In this document: in pieces, positions 24,229 through 37,880 of the stretch
Layout: every line of letters begins with the position of its first letter
How positions within the stretch are numbered: position 1 is the stretch's first letter
Assembly (NCBI RefSeq): GCF_006345805.1
Contig: NC_043009.1
Span: 70,494,001 to 70,558,000 of the forward strand
Reading direction: 5' to 3'
DNA length: 64,000 bases
From: Octopus sinensis
Lineage: Eukaryota
Notes under the pieces: model-generated
Told to the model about the DNA's origin: nothing
Seen by the model: only the letters and a program-made list of their open reading frames with translations
Database searches by the model: none
Program-made: the position numbers and the translations under genes

Positions 24229-24318
24229 CTGCGTCATACATATAAAAGTGAAGGTAAATGAGAGCCATCAGGCTGAATGTGAAACGGCTATCAGCTGACA
24301 AGGTGAGGAAGTCATCAG
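24229..24318 (-). CDS. Candidate 90-nt internal exon (phase 1-1)
   Basis: Acceptor ttttataacttcacag| and donor CAG|gtatga; only the phase-1 frame is open (ADDFLTLSADSRFTFSLMALIYLHFYMYDAG). No family recognised. Confidence 0.3.
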
Positions 24319-25167
24319 CTGTGAAGTTATAAAATACTGCACACACTGCGCCGAACTTACTGAGAAATTCTTAAACATTCAATAGTTATCGGAATTCGAC
24401 TTGTACTGATTTAGTGATAAAATATCTAAGACAACGTTCTGCTATGCATTCACCCATCAGAACGTCACCCAGCAATGAACTACAAGGAATTGCTCTCACA
24501 TCTGTTTGGTTGCGATTACTTCTACTTTTCTTATATAGTCAATTTTAAGCACACCTGATCCCATCTGATAAAAACACCTCTCATTCTTTCTTATTTTGAC
24601 TGTCTATCATATCTCAAATCTACCTTACTCCCTTGATATATCTCAAAAAGATATTTAAAGCAATAAAGAAATGCTTTAACTGGTCCCGTTCTTCTGTACC
24701 GTCGTTTCTTCCTGAAAGATGTTAGTTTATAGCTCAGGATAAATTATTTAAAATTTATCAGTTATCGTTTAACATTTAAAATTGCCACTTGAAATTGTCA
24801 TTCATTAAGGTTTTAATCATAATCCCCTGCAAATAATTAAATAAATAAATAAATAAATAAATAAAATATTGTACACCAGCGTGATGGAATTCAAGTTGTT
24901 TTTATTGACAAAATTTAATATGAGCATGAAACACAATTTAGTTAATTTAGTTAATTAATCCTATTCAAGTCAATGACAGATTACCATCACTCTTTAACAG
25001 GTTTTCTAATTTGTAAAGAAGCAATCCGTGAAAATGTTTAAAATGTTTTATATTTGAAAATTTTAAAACATTATAAATGTATGTGTTGAAGCGTATGTTT
25101 ATATTTTATATTCATGCACAGAACATGTCATGTAAACAAATGTTGTACACTTAAAAAACGCTTAAAC

Positions 25168-25245
25168 TTGTGTGTGTGTGTGTATGCGTGTGTATGTGTG
25201 TGTTTGTATGTATGTGTGTGTGTATATGTGTGTGTGTATGTGTGT

Positions 25246-25322
<77 letters not shown>
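25168..25322. repeat. (TG)n microsatellite
   Basis: Visible. Confidence 0.97.
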
Positions 25323-25323
<1 letters not shown>

Positions 25324-25677
25324 CGCGAAGCTTACAATAAATTTCAACTTTTTGAGTCTTGATAAATGTGGGTTCATGATATATTATTCACTTTACATTA
25401 TAGATTGCCTTCCTGATTAAAGGAAAGAATCGATATTAAGTCTCGTTTTCATCTAATTACGTTTGGGAACAATAAAGATCTTGAATGCATATTCAAAGTC
25501 ATGCAACATTTGAATACGTGTTTAGAAACTTTATTGTTCCAATCTGCAAGAAACTGACAGGAAAATATAATTAATCTATAATTAGTAAAAACAGAGGTAG
25601 CACTCAAATACACTTGTGTCTTAAATGAAACACACACACACGTATATATAATATATGCATACACACACACATATATA

Positions 25678-25885
25678 TCTTTACTTCTTTCAGTCATTAG
25701 ACTGCGGCCAGGCTGGGGCACCGATGTTGAAGAATTCTTATTCGAATGTATCGAACTCGGTAGTTATCTTTTAAAGCCTGGTACTAATTCTATTGGTGTA
25801 TTTGCCGAACCGCCAAGTTGGGGGACGTAAACACACCGGCAACGGTTGTGAAGCAGTGTTTGTGTAGAGACAACATAGGCACAAA
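25678..25885 (-). mobile_element. SINE 3' half (same family as 56085-56491)
   Basis: Matches the 56085-56280 segment: tttcagtcatt(a/t)gactgcggcca..gctgg.gcaccg ... gccgaaccgc.aag..ggggacgtaaacacacc. Confidence 0.85.
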
Positions 25886-25921
25886 TCTGTTGTCGGATCG
25901 AAGCTATGCTAGAATACATTT

Positions 25922-26175
<254 letters not shown>

Positions 26176-26313
26176 TATTTTCTGAACCTTCAAATTTTTT
26201 CAACATGCTATGCCACTGGTTTAAATTGATATTAATCTAATTAATATCAATGTTTATATATATATATAGCAAATGAAAGACAGAAGATGGAATACATGAG
26301 ATAAACATTATGA

Positions 26314-26419
26314 ATGACGACAATTGTTTCGACACATCTAGCTTCGATTCCTCTTCGATGGGACACTGAACAACTGATTCAGGATCATCCGGTGGTGCAG
26401 GTGTATCTCTTCGGGTGAT
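26314..26419 (-). ncRNA. Hammerhead motif with CCGAAGA core variant and large loop II
   Basis: Minus strand ATCAC-CCGAAGA-GATACA...TGTGTC-GAA-ACAATTGT-C-GTCAT; palindromic stem III, GUC triplet, one mismatch in stem I. Confidence 0.5.
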
Positions 26420-26447
26420 AAATAAATAAAATCAACTCGTTAAAATG

Positions 26448-26502
<55 letters not shown>

Positions 26503-27309
26503 ATGTATATGTATGTGAGTATAATCGTAAGTTTTTAAATATGTATGTGCGTATATAAGTGTCTCTGGTGACAGGAATATCTTCCTATTACGATTTGTCT
26601 TTGTTTTTGTTTTTTGGTGGCGGGCAATTGGACCTTTTGCGATAGCATTTAATTTCGGTCTGTTGTATCCAATTAAAGAAATGGTATGAGAGTTCGATAA
26701 ATGGAAATCTTACTATGAGGTATTTCTAAATAATGCCAATATATTTGTTCATCTTAACCTTTTGACACCCATCCCCGCCTACTACCGGACGCTCTCATCC
26801 TCATCAGCCCCCACCTTTTCTTCTTTTCTGTATTTAAAGCTAACGAGTCTCATCATGAAGTTTCTTTTCGATTTCAAGGGATGACGGAGAAAATGTAATG
26901 ATCAATCCACACACACACTCTCACACACACACACACACACAAACACACAAACACACAAACACACAAACACATACACCACACACACACGTGTGCTACAGTT
27001 AAGGTTAATCGAAGCAGCATGCGTTCTTGAGCAGTGACTACAAAACAACTGAAAGGCACTTTTAGGAATTTAGGAAGAAGACTGACCTCAAAACTAGGAA
27101 AGGATATTTGTTTTAGTTTCCAACAAAAAAGTTTTAAATAAATCAACTACTTACACAATCAAACGATTAAGGTCTCACCATAATTGATGACTTCAAATGC
27201 ATGCATACACTTACGGAAAAATAATAGCATTATCACGATAAGTAATATACAGGGTATCGCAGGATTTACTATTTCAGTGACATTGGACAAATTTTAAAAC
27301 AGTTCGACG

Positions 27310-27490
27310 CTTGGTGGTTAAACGATATTGCCAAAGGGATATGATACGACGTTCAAAATCAAGTCTGGATTGATGTTAAGCCTCTGCCCCATTTTCACAT
27401 TAATCGCTCGGATCTCATCAAGCGTCCAACCACACAGCTCAAATGGTGGTATGAGAACTGGCACTGCATACACAGAATGTAGGCCACGTA
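27310..27490 (-). mobile_element. R4/Dong-like non-LTR retrotransposon RT C-terminal fragment
   Basis: Minus frame YAVPVLIPPFELCGWTLDEIRAINVKMGQRLNI resembles the YAVPVL-SFG--WT--E---D-KTRK motif of R4-clade RTs. Confidence 0.55.
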
Positions 27491-28706
27491 TATATATGTA
27501 TGTGTGTATATGTCTGACCGGTAACTGTACTTTTTATTCCTGCTATCATTACACATCAATCTAAACATACCATATACAGCGACATACCTTATTTCTGCAA
27601 TAGTGGTGACCGAAATTTATTATAAATTTATTGTAAATTCGATTTGAACTTAAAATGTTATCAATAACTTTTAAGACTACCACTTGAATATAAACTTTAA
27701 AGCGACACGTAGAACAAATTTGAGAATACGATTCCATTTGCTAATATACATGATCCAGTGTTGACGAATATATTCAGTACCCCAGAAGCAATTCTACAAA
27801 ATCTATTTCAAAATCTCAAAAGATGAAGTAAAAAAAATTAAGAAACTCTTTTCATGGGCAGAATTAATGTCAGGGGAAAAGTTGGGACTTTTTGCAAAAG
27901 CTAGTGGAGAAAAAGGTGTGGCATATTCATTAACGATTTCAAATACTTGAAATATAAAATTGAAAATGGATTTTTTCCCCAAACGTGTAAAGCATGATCT
28001 GCAAAAGAAGAAATATACTTTAATGCCTAATCTGCTTTAATAGCAACGAAAATTACATCAGTCAGACTGAAAACTCCGTTTAGGAATGAGCAAAGCTAAA
28101 AACAGTAGCTTTATCAAATTTTTCATTGAAAGAACATCTAGAAATCTGCGGATTCGACAGATTTTCCTATTCTACAAATGCTGAAGGAATGATGAAAACT
28201 ACCAGAAGGAAATGAAGAAATATTTTCTCGAAATGTTTACTCTAAATTTACACGCATAAGCTCCAATATATAGAAACATGGAAAATTTTATTACAAAATA
28301 ATTTTCCATAAGAAACAAAGCGAGTCAGCCCCGGATATTAACGATGTAGTGTTACTAAAACAAATTACTGAAGAAAAGTTTTATACAATCACCACAACCA
28401 GCCAAACACACACACACACACACAGCACAAACGCATCCACACACCTACACACAAAACATGCATTCAGATGCAAAAGAAATAATTCACATCACTTGAAAAA
28501 AATCAATCAAGCGTTTAATGACATCCCCAGATTGAAATCAACAATTGATTGAAATTAATAAACAACAACACATTTCTCGCAATCGTCATTAAAACGACCA
28601 ACAAGAAATCATTTCTTGTTTGCTTCATTTTTTCAAACAAAAAAGCATGGTATTTGTTTATATAAACTGAAATCAATGAACAGTGGGGGATTCGGGATGA
28701 CACATT

Positions 28707-28985
28707 CGTGGCTTAGAGGTTAGGGTATTCGCCTCACGATCCTTAAGGTTGTAATCACGATATCCAGCGGTGCAATATGTTCTCGAGTAAGATACTTCAC
28801 TTTACGTTGCTCCACTCCACTCAGTTGGCAAGAATGAGTTGTACCTGTAGTTCGAAGGTTCAAACTTGTCACACTCTGAGTCGTGCTAAGTCTCTACGTT
28901 AAGGATACGCGTGACTATGTAATACTCGGCCACTTACATGTTAATTGCACGAACAGGCTGTTCCGTTGATAGGTTCACCTGAAGC
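28707..28985 (+). mobile_element. Degenerate tRNA-derived SINE
   Basis: A-box-like GTGGCTTAGAGGTTAG, decayed B box, CORE-like gagtaagatacttcactt segment. Confidence 0.55.
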
Positions 28986-29193
28986 CTTGTCAGCCTAACT
29001 GACGGAGTTCCAGTAAAGTTCTGGAAATACAAACCAATTCAATTGTGTAAAAGTGATCAGGCGCAGGGGCAAAGTAGAAGAGTAATAAGCTAAGTAGATG
29101 GTTTTCTATAAAGTATGATAATAAAGGGGAAAGTGTGTTGATATGCACGCATAGTTACCTGGAAGAACACGTGTGTATAAATGTGTGTGCAGT

Positions 29194-29194
<1 letters not shown>

Positions 29195-29235
<41 letters not shown>

Positions 29236-29244
29236 TATATATAT

Positions 29245-29337
<93 letters not shown>

Positions 29338-29340
29338 TAT
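29195..29340. repeat. (TA)n microsatellite
   Basis: Visible. Confidence 0.95.
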
Positions 29341-29343
29341 AAA

Positions 29344-29553
29344 CGTTAGCACGACGGGCGAAATGCGTAGCCGTATTCATCTGCCGTTACGTTCTCAGTT
29401 CAAATTCCGCCGAGGTCGACATTGCCTTTATTCATTTCGGGGTCGATAAATTAAGTACCAGTTATGCACTGGAGTCGACATAATCAACTTAATACGTTTG
29501 TCTGTCCTTGTTTGTCCCCTCTGTGTTTAGCCCCTTGTGGGTAGTAAAGAAAT
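29344..29553 (+). mobile_element. tRNA-derived SINE with conserved central domain and LINE-like tail
   Basis: B box GTTCAAATTCC; central gtcgacattgcctttattcatttcggggtcgataaattaagtaccag; tail tgtcccctctgtgtttagccccttgtgggtagtaaagaaat. Confidence 0.8.
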
Positions 29554-32466
29554 ACATATATATATATGTGGATATTTGCCTCAGTTATGTTATGCTTGGC
29601 TGTGGGAAGGTGTAACAGTGTGCAGTGATGGTGGGCGCGTACGCACACAAGCGTGCAAGTTGTGCTTTACACATGTCACTTACTAAATACTACGGAAACT
29701 TTTACAAACAACTATTTCGTCTCTCTGCCTTGAAAGCAGGTAATTTAAACTATTATAAAGCAAAGCAAGTGGCCCCTGCCAACTTTCACCTCTGATATAT
29801 GACAAAGCCTGTTTGTACTCTACGTTATATTCTTTCAGTTATCTTTTTACATTGTTGTTTTCGTTGTGTTTTGTATTGTTGTTGCTATTGCTCTTGTTTT
29901 CTTCGATATTGAACTATCTTATTCCAGTGTTATTCTACTTCTCACCGTGATGTAAACCGTATAAACATGTGAACGGTTGTGAGTGTGTGAATCTGTATCT
30001 GCTTAATTAGGTAAGCTGGTCGCTGGCCTCCACCATCTTGCTTGTATCAATCTATCTCTCTTCTATTTATTTAACAATACAATCAACACATGTGGATACG
30101 TTGTAGTCAATTTCAATTTAAATGAGACACTATGCTTGCTTTTAGTAAATATGTATGCAAAACGGAGGGCCATCTTGCTGTTATCGAGGTAAGAAAAGTT
30201 ATTATCAGTTAGTTTTACAGAAAAATATTAACTTACAAATACTTGTAAGCTACAATTCTGGTTACAAACAATAATTTTTCACACTTACATTTCAAAAACC
30301 TATTGGTGGTTGGCCCGTATAAAGGCCTTACAAAGATTGCGCTTGTGTAAATGAATCATCAAGAGCTGTATTTGTTAGGAAATCACATTTATCCTACTAG
30401 CGCAAATAAGTCTTTTGGTTGAGCCACTTATTTCGATTGATTATTGGTGCCATACCAGTAGCGTCTCCCTTAGAAGTACAAAGGAAATAAATAATTCTGC
30501 TGGGTTGGGTATTTTCAGGAGAACCTAGTCGAGCAACTCTTAGGCTTGTTAAAGTGAAGCATGAAATTCAGAGGAACAACTAAAGAAAGGTTCATTTGAA
30601 AGTAAATTCCACACTTGAAGCAAGTCTGGCAACCTCACTGAGGAGTCAGATACAAAACGAAACACGTCCAGTATGGACAGAAATAATTGAAATATTAATG
30701 TTGAATGAGTTGTCTGCCTAACCATTTGGGAATATCAAAATGGATTTGAAGTCATCTACATTAAATACTTTGAAATTAACCTTAGAAATCGACTGTTTCA
30801 TTTAGCAACAAGTATGCGTTCTCATGCCACACATAAGATAATGGCATTGTCTTTAAGAAAGAATTTTGTTGCTGTTAAATTGTTTCGATGCGTACAAAAC
30901 CATTTGTTGAACTCAAATTGCTATGATACATGCAAAACCATTTGATATTTTCAATAAACTTATTTTTCGTTGCGTGTATTAAGAATTATAATTACATCAA
31001 CGAACTTTCATATTTAATCTTCGAAACAACTAAAACTACATTTGTACACCTGAAACATTTATTAGAATATCTAAGGAATAATTTCAAAAAATTAAGAATT
31101 CAAGGTTTATACTAAATGTCAGAATATTTCATATCGCCACCTCAACGTGTAGAATGGAAGTCCCCAATATATACGAAAAGTAAGAGGCTTACTGAGATTA
31201 AATATGCAAATATATGCATGCATTCATGCATACGCTCATACACATATATATGCATTCATTCGTCCATTCATCAATGAATCCATGCATGCATGCACACATA
31301 CATACATACATACATACATACATACATACATACATACATAAATTCAAACATACATACATGAGACTTGGTATTAAGATATCTTTGGAAGTCGATTTTGTTA
31401 AAACAACAGAATTTTCAATAAGAACTGGGGCTTGAATAAATATCGCAGAGGTGATCTTTAAGCGTCCTTTTTCTCTTTGCTTTTTTTTGCTACGCTTGAG
31501 CTAGTACGGCTTCTGTCATGCAGGTTGGTTGACAATGGTGAAGATGCTAACGAGGAAATTCTGAACAGGCACAGATGAAGAAGGCAAGGAATTGCCAAAC
31601 TTCATTTGAAGAATCTGAGACTGTGGATGTACCACATGTAATGTCCAGGTGTGCATCATCTTGTAGTAAGATTCGCAGTTGCATAGACATATCAAGCAGC
31701 TTTTTAAAAGATTACAAATATGTAAGACATAAAAGTGTATATAGAAACAGTGGGAAATTAAAATTGGATATTAAAATATCTAATTTAACAATCATATCTT
31801 AAGAAACATTTATTTCCCGGGAGATAAAAAATAATTTATTTCATAGCGTTATATTTAAAAGCTTACACACTGATATGAAATCCCATAAAATGGACTGCCA
31901 GAATCGGTAACAGTATCAGGAAGCATGGTGTGCTCGGTATGTAATGGAATGACCTTGTTTTTGAAATTCCTCGTTTAAAATATTCTGTCATTAAAATGGT
32001 AGTACATGGTTTTAATTAGAGGAGGAGATGGAAAATTATACATTTTGTTGTTCTTTCAAAGTGTTTAAACTTCTAAGATATTCAAGGAAAACAATATGAT
32101 TGCGAAACTTAAGCTTTTTATAAAATTTGAAATATATTCAGACATTATATAAATTAACACTGCAGGTCATAGAGTGTAGAATCTGATTGTTTTAGAAATG
32201 TATACGAATTGAATGTGAATCAATGAAACTCAATATTCTGTATGTTTCTTGGTATTTCAAAAGGTGCTCTTACATTCTTAATTTTCATTTTGTGTGTGTG
32301 TATGTGTGGATATATGAATGTACAGAAATGTATTTATGTATAGGTAAATGTGTACGTACATGTATATAAACCTTTACATATACATATATATGTACAAACA
32401 TACACACACACACACACATATATATATGCATCGTGGGAGAGACGGAGAGATGGATAGATAGATATA

Positions 32467-33706
32467 TTGGGTTGGCAACTAAGTTCCCGCCGTTTTTGTA
32501 AATTTTGGAATTTATTGCGTTTTTAAATTTTGGAATCTATTATTTTTTCTAGAATTCTCTTTTTGAACCATTTTGGAATCTTTTCTTTTTTCTAGTTAAT
32601 TTTAGACAATTTTTTGTTTATTTTCAGATCATTAAATTCGAATGTCAAGTTAAGAAAAACGAGCATTTTTGACACCTCCTTCTTTTTGCTTTTAATGAAG
32701 GTTCTAAGGCCGCAAAAGCTGCTCGCGATATTTGTGCTGTGTATGGAGAGGGTACCATAGCTGAAAGAACCACTCATGACTGGTATGCCAAGTTCAAAAT
32801 GGAAATTTTGACCTCAAAGAAGCACCTCGTTCTGGCCGTCCAGTTGAGTTCGATGAAGATCGATTAAACCAACTTTTGCCCGAAAATTCTCGTCAGACGA
32901 CAAAGGAATTGGCAGAGAAAAAGGAATGCTCCCGCACTGCTCTAGAGAAGCATCTTCACTCGATAGGAAAGGTTCAGAAATATGGAGCATGGGTTCCGCG
33001 TTCTTTAAGTGACAACAAAAATCAACGCGCCACAATCTCCGCTGGTCTGCTTGCTCGTCACCACTCAACTCATGGACACAAGCAAAGATTTCTTTATCGA
33101 ATCTTTACTGGCGACGAAAAATGGTGCCTGTAAATCAATATGAAGCAGCATAAGGAACGGAATGGCTTAGCCCCGGTAAACAAGCAACATCATGCATGAA
33201 ACAAGATCTTCATCAGCATAAAAAACGATGTTGCGCGTATGGTGGGAATGGGAAGGGATTATCCATTACGAATTACTTGAACGGAACGAAACGGTCGACG
33301 CGGAGCTCTATGTTCGACAGATCGAACGAGTCAACATGGCTATTCAAGAGAAAAGACCCAATCGGCAGCATGGAGATCTTCTGCTGCACGACATCGCCCG
33401 CCCTCATATCGCCAATATGACCAAGGGTGCCATCCAAACGCATGGCAGTGATATGCTGCCACACCCACCGTACTCTCCTGATTTGGTACCATCGTTCAAT
33501 ATTGATGCAGAATTGAGAGCTTAGTTTTTTCAAGTCGAAATCGGATGATTTCTATCAACGAGGTATTGAAAATCTTGTTGAACTTTGGGAAGAAGCTGCA
33601 AACAACGAGGGTGAATACATTATTGATTAATTAGTTATCTTTTATTAAACCTTTTAAAAAATGAAAATAAAAAAAAAAAACGGCGGGAACTTAGTTACCA
33701 ACCTAA
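32467..33706 (+). mobile_element. Near full-length (1240 bp) mariner element, transposase pseudogenised
   Basis: TA|TTGGGTTGGCAACTAAGTTCCCGCCG ... CGGCGGGAACTTAGTTACCAACCTAA|TA; motifs SGRP, AWVPRSL, TGDEKW, HDIARPH and YSPDL, broken by stops and frameshifts. Confidence 0.97.
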
Positions 33707-33793
33707 TATGTATATACATGTACATATATATATATATATATATATATCTGTATATGTACACACACACACACACATATATATATATTTCTATAT

Positions 33794-34399
33794 GCTCGGC
33801 TACTTATTTTAAATTGATATTTATTAAATTGATATTCAATTTATCACCCTCGTTATTTAAATTTTAAATAATTATGTTTTCTAATCGGCAACATTAACTG
33901 CAATAAATTATCTACTGCGGAACTGTTTCCGGAATTTAGCGCGCCAGAACTTAGACATTTGAAAATAACCCCAATGTTATCGATAGAACTATGCACACGT
34001 CTAATTTTATAAGGAAAACAAGTGTATAGTTCTACAAATTATATTGGATTGGAACGATCGTACTGAAGAGTCTACGGACGAAAAATTACGTAAGTAATTA
34101 TCGGTAATAGACGTTTTCGGTCTACGATTGATTCTGGATTTTCATATATTTTCATCTGTCTTACCTGCTTATGTTCTGGTGTTTGCTGAATTTCTCTAGA
34201 GAACATTCTTTTCTTTGGAGTTAGATCGTAGGTGATCTTCTTCTAGCATATTGGATGTCCACTTAGTGATAACTCTTCAATATACGCATGAATTACAATT
34301 TTTTCTGAATTTTCAGATTTTTTTATTTGCGAGGCTACTGGTTTTAAATTGATATTAATTAAATTAATATTCAATTTATCACCTTCGTTATTTAAATTT
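33794..34399 (+). mobile_element. Microsatellite-flanked element with about 70-bp direct terminal repeats and a central defective hammerhead
   Basis: 33794-33863 matches 34329-34399 (ggctac...ttttaaattgatatt..ttaaatt.atattcaatttatcacc.tcgttatttaaattt); HHR motif at 34055-34130. Confidence 0.65.
34055..34130 (+). ncRNA. Hammerhead motif with a probable deletion in the stem III 5' strand
   Basis: CGATCGTA-CTGAAGA-GTC-tacg-GAC-GAAA...TTTTCGGT-C-TACGATTG; 8-bp stem I; the expected stem III 5' strand ACCGAAAA is incomplete. Confidence 0.5.
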
Positions 34400-34423
34400 A
34401 TATATATATGCATGTGTGTGTGT

Positions 34424-34475
<52 letters not shown>

Positions 34476-34680
34476 AATCATATATTGTTGTACGAGTGTA
34501 CATAGATTTATATGTATTTACGTATGTGTATTTTAGCATGTACGTATATTTGTGTGTATATATATATACACACACATATAAATGTAAGAACTGTCTATAA
34601 ACAAGGCTGAGTGGCTTTCGATTATAAATAAATAAATAAAAAATACACATTAATTACAGGAAACGTTGTTGTTGCTTAAA

Positions 34681-35296
34681 GACTTACGCAAAGTTGCAGA
34701 AAGAGTATGGAGAGGAGTGTATGAGCTGTACACATGTGTACAAGTTGTTCGAACGTTTCCAAGATGAGAGAAAAAATGCTGATATTGACAAACATTCTGG
34801 GAGACCTTCAACCACCAGAACTGAGAAAAATATCGTAGCTATGCGTGAAGCTGTGAGGGGAAATCGTCGAATCACCATCCGTGAGTTATCAGAGGATGTG
34901 CAGATTAGTTATGGTTCAGTTCAGTCCAATATCACTGAAGATTTGAGTATGTGATGCGTGTCTGCCAGGGTTTCACTTGCACATGAATTCTTTGATTGAC
35001 TCGTGAGCGATGAAAGCGTTTTGAAAACTTTGCGTAAGTCGCTGAGCAGGTATCACCAAGCTTTTGGCAAAATTTGATGCAGATTCTCTGCTCACCTTCC
35101 TCTGTTGTGGTCAATGCGACGATTACACGCTACACACCTTCCTTCCAAACACTTCTGTAAATAGCAGAAGTGAGATAGAATGTTAAATTTTATTTCGTAC
35201 GCACAACAGCGTTCAACCTTAGTCTATCGGCTTTACTCTGTGCACTTTAGCCTCGTTACTATGGCAACAGTCCGGATACTTATTGATCAGACCACG
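34681..35296 (-). mobile_element. 5' part of a mariner element with an internal inversion
   Basis: TIR-like TA|CGTGGTCTGATCAATAAGTATCCGGACT at 35298-35269; minus-strand N-terminus EQRICIKFCQKLGDTCSATYAK; continuation QKEYGEEC...SGRPST...RITIRELSEDV lies on the plus strand (34694-34954). Confidence 0.85.
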
Positions 35297-35899
35297 TAGT
35301 AGATACATATATTATGTTGAGCGTCCATTATGTTTTGAGGGAGATTTTATTGTAGATCTGGGGTGTCACGGCAACATGGGATCATTTAAAACGATTCTGA
35401 ATCTACTAGAAATAATAGCTAAGTATCGTTCAGATAATACACTGCTGTCTCGAAGAATGTATGCGTTTGATAATTTATTCCGTAGTTTGGGAATAAAGAA
35501 ATTGTTTAGCGAGAGTTAGTCTGCTTTCATCATATAGCTATTCGATCAACTTTGAGCTTCTGCTAAACAGCTACAAAGCGGCATCAACTACATTCAAAGA
35601 AAGAGAAGAAAAAAAAGATACAATGTAATTTAATAAGATCAAAACTGCAGAGGAGATTTGATTTTCAAAACTATATTTCTTAAACTGTGTCCCTTACCTC
35701 AGTAATCAAACTGCTACGACTACCTATTATCTTATATTACACAGTAAAAGATCAAAGGCAAATATTCATGTAGCCATTTAGATTACGCCTAAAATTCTAC
35801 ATTCTTTTTGAATGTAACAAAGATGCAAGTAAGTGGTGCCTGTAATTAATCTTACTGTAAATTCGGATTTCTACCATCCACCAACCAGCTTATTCTGTA

Positions 35900-36148
35900 A
35901 CACAAAGATATATATATATATAAATATATATATACAGACACAGAGATATATCTATATATATATATATATATTTACATATGAGTATATATAATGCATACGT
36001 GCCTACATAATTACACATGCATATATAATTACATAATGCTAGACATAATTTAGAAGATATTAATTGTGGAGTCTTAATAGTCAACCGAAACTTATAGTCG
36101 AGAATATGTAGGAATGGATAATTAGATACACAATTATATATACTGTAT

Positions 36149-36224
<76 letters not shown>

Positions 36225-36234
36225 GTATGTATGT

Positions 36235-36311
<77 letters not shown>

Positions 36312-36312
36312 G

Positions 36313-36355
<43 letters not shown>

Positions 36356-36366
36356 GAGATAGATAG

Positions 36367-36403
<37 letters not shown>

Positions 36404-36667
36404 ATATATATATACAGGAAGAGTGTGAGAGAGTGAGAAAGATAGAAAACATTTAGTGAATATATGCATAAATATAATCAAAGTACAGACTTCTATTTCG
36501 CCCCGTATAATATATATATGCACACACAAATACATATCGTCAAATATTAGCGCGCCTGCATACGTGTGTAAATACCTATTCATATATATCAATATATATA
36601 TATGAATATATATATGCATATACACACAAACACACACAGACAAGCACACACAGAAACATATATATAT

Positions 36668-36720
<53 letters not shown>

Positions 36721-36730
36721 GTATGTATGA
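35900..36730. repeat. Compound (TA)n/(CA)n/(TAGA)n microsatellite block
   Basis: Visible. Confidence 0.9.
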
Positions 36731-36740
36731 TGTGTGCAAT

Positions 36741-37020
36741 GCAAGCGTGGGTCTATGGTAAGAAGGTTGCTTCCAGCCACATGGTTCTGAGGACAGTCCC
36801 ATTGAGTGGCACCTTGGGCAAGTATCTTCTATTATATCCTCGAGCCCACCAAAGCCTTGTGAGTGGATTTGGTAGACGGAAACTGAACGAAGCCCGTCGT
36901 GAACGCGCGCGCGCGTGTGTGCGTGTGTGTGTCTTTATGTGTGTTCTTGTTCCCCCACTGCTGCTTCACAACTGGTGTTGGTGCTTTTGCGTTACCGTTC
37001 TGTAGGATTTCGGCAAAACA
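36741..37020 (+). mobile_element. tRNA-derived CORE-like SINE (5' portion)
   Basis: Homologous to the reverse complement of 56491-56200: accttgggcaagtatcttct...gtggatttggtagacggaaactgaa.gaagcc. Confidence 0.85.
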
Positions 37021-37812
37021 AATGTTATTTCAGGAACTCCATTTGATTGCAGCTTGTAGATTTGGATAAATCTTTCCATAGACGTCAACATTAAATTCCT
37101 CACTTTTGATACATGTATGTTCTGAAAATATAATCTTCCCAAATAAGGTGCCCTTCAAATTCAAGGCTCTTATGAAGCTGTAGCATGTTTCTACCACACC
37201 TTACAGCAGATACAGCCGAAAGATAATGAAGATCATAAGATAACCTTTGTTCATTTGTTTTTTTGTTTTTTTTCGGTGCCATCTCCTAGAAACTTATTCC
37301 ACTCTATACTAATCTAACACTGTGCCCTGGACCATACGTATATTTGAGTTCGAACCCAGGTTATTAATCACACTGTGCCTAAGCGATATATTGAAATATA
37401 TATTTCCATATATATATAAATTTAAATACAATGAAAAGAAGACAAAAAAATTCTCTGATACATCTTTAATTATGAATTACACATGCTTCCGTACCATCTC
37501 CTTTTGCAACGTTAGTTTACGCGAAAATTCTAAAAGAAAACTTACGTAATACGTATTTGCGGTTTTCGGCATTTGAGAGCAACTTCCTCAGACTTGTATC
37601 AAAGTCGTGCTATTACATTGTGCGTCTTTCAAAGCTTGTTGTTATGAAAGAACCGGGAGGAAATAAAAAATTAAAAGTGCGTCTGTGGGATGGTTCTCTG
37701 AAGAAGAGATTATGTGAGGTGAAGGAATCAAGATGGTGGATAAGTATAAAAATAGAAGGGAGAAAGGGAAGGAGGAGGAGGGGGGAAACGAATAAAAGGC
37801 GAAAAAAATTGG

Positions 37813-37880
37813 AAGAAGAAGAAGAAGAAGAAGAAGAGGAGGAGGAGGAGGAGGAGGAGGAGGAGAAAGCAGAAGAAAGC
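37813..37880. repeat. (GAA)n(GAG)n microsatellite
   Basis: Visible. Confidence 0.95.

Noticed and set aside
31500-31730. GC-elevated segment as an exon
   Set aside because: Open frames exist on both strands, but there is no consistent splice pair or recognisable peptide.
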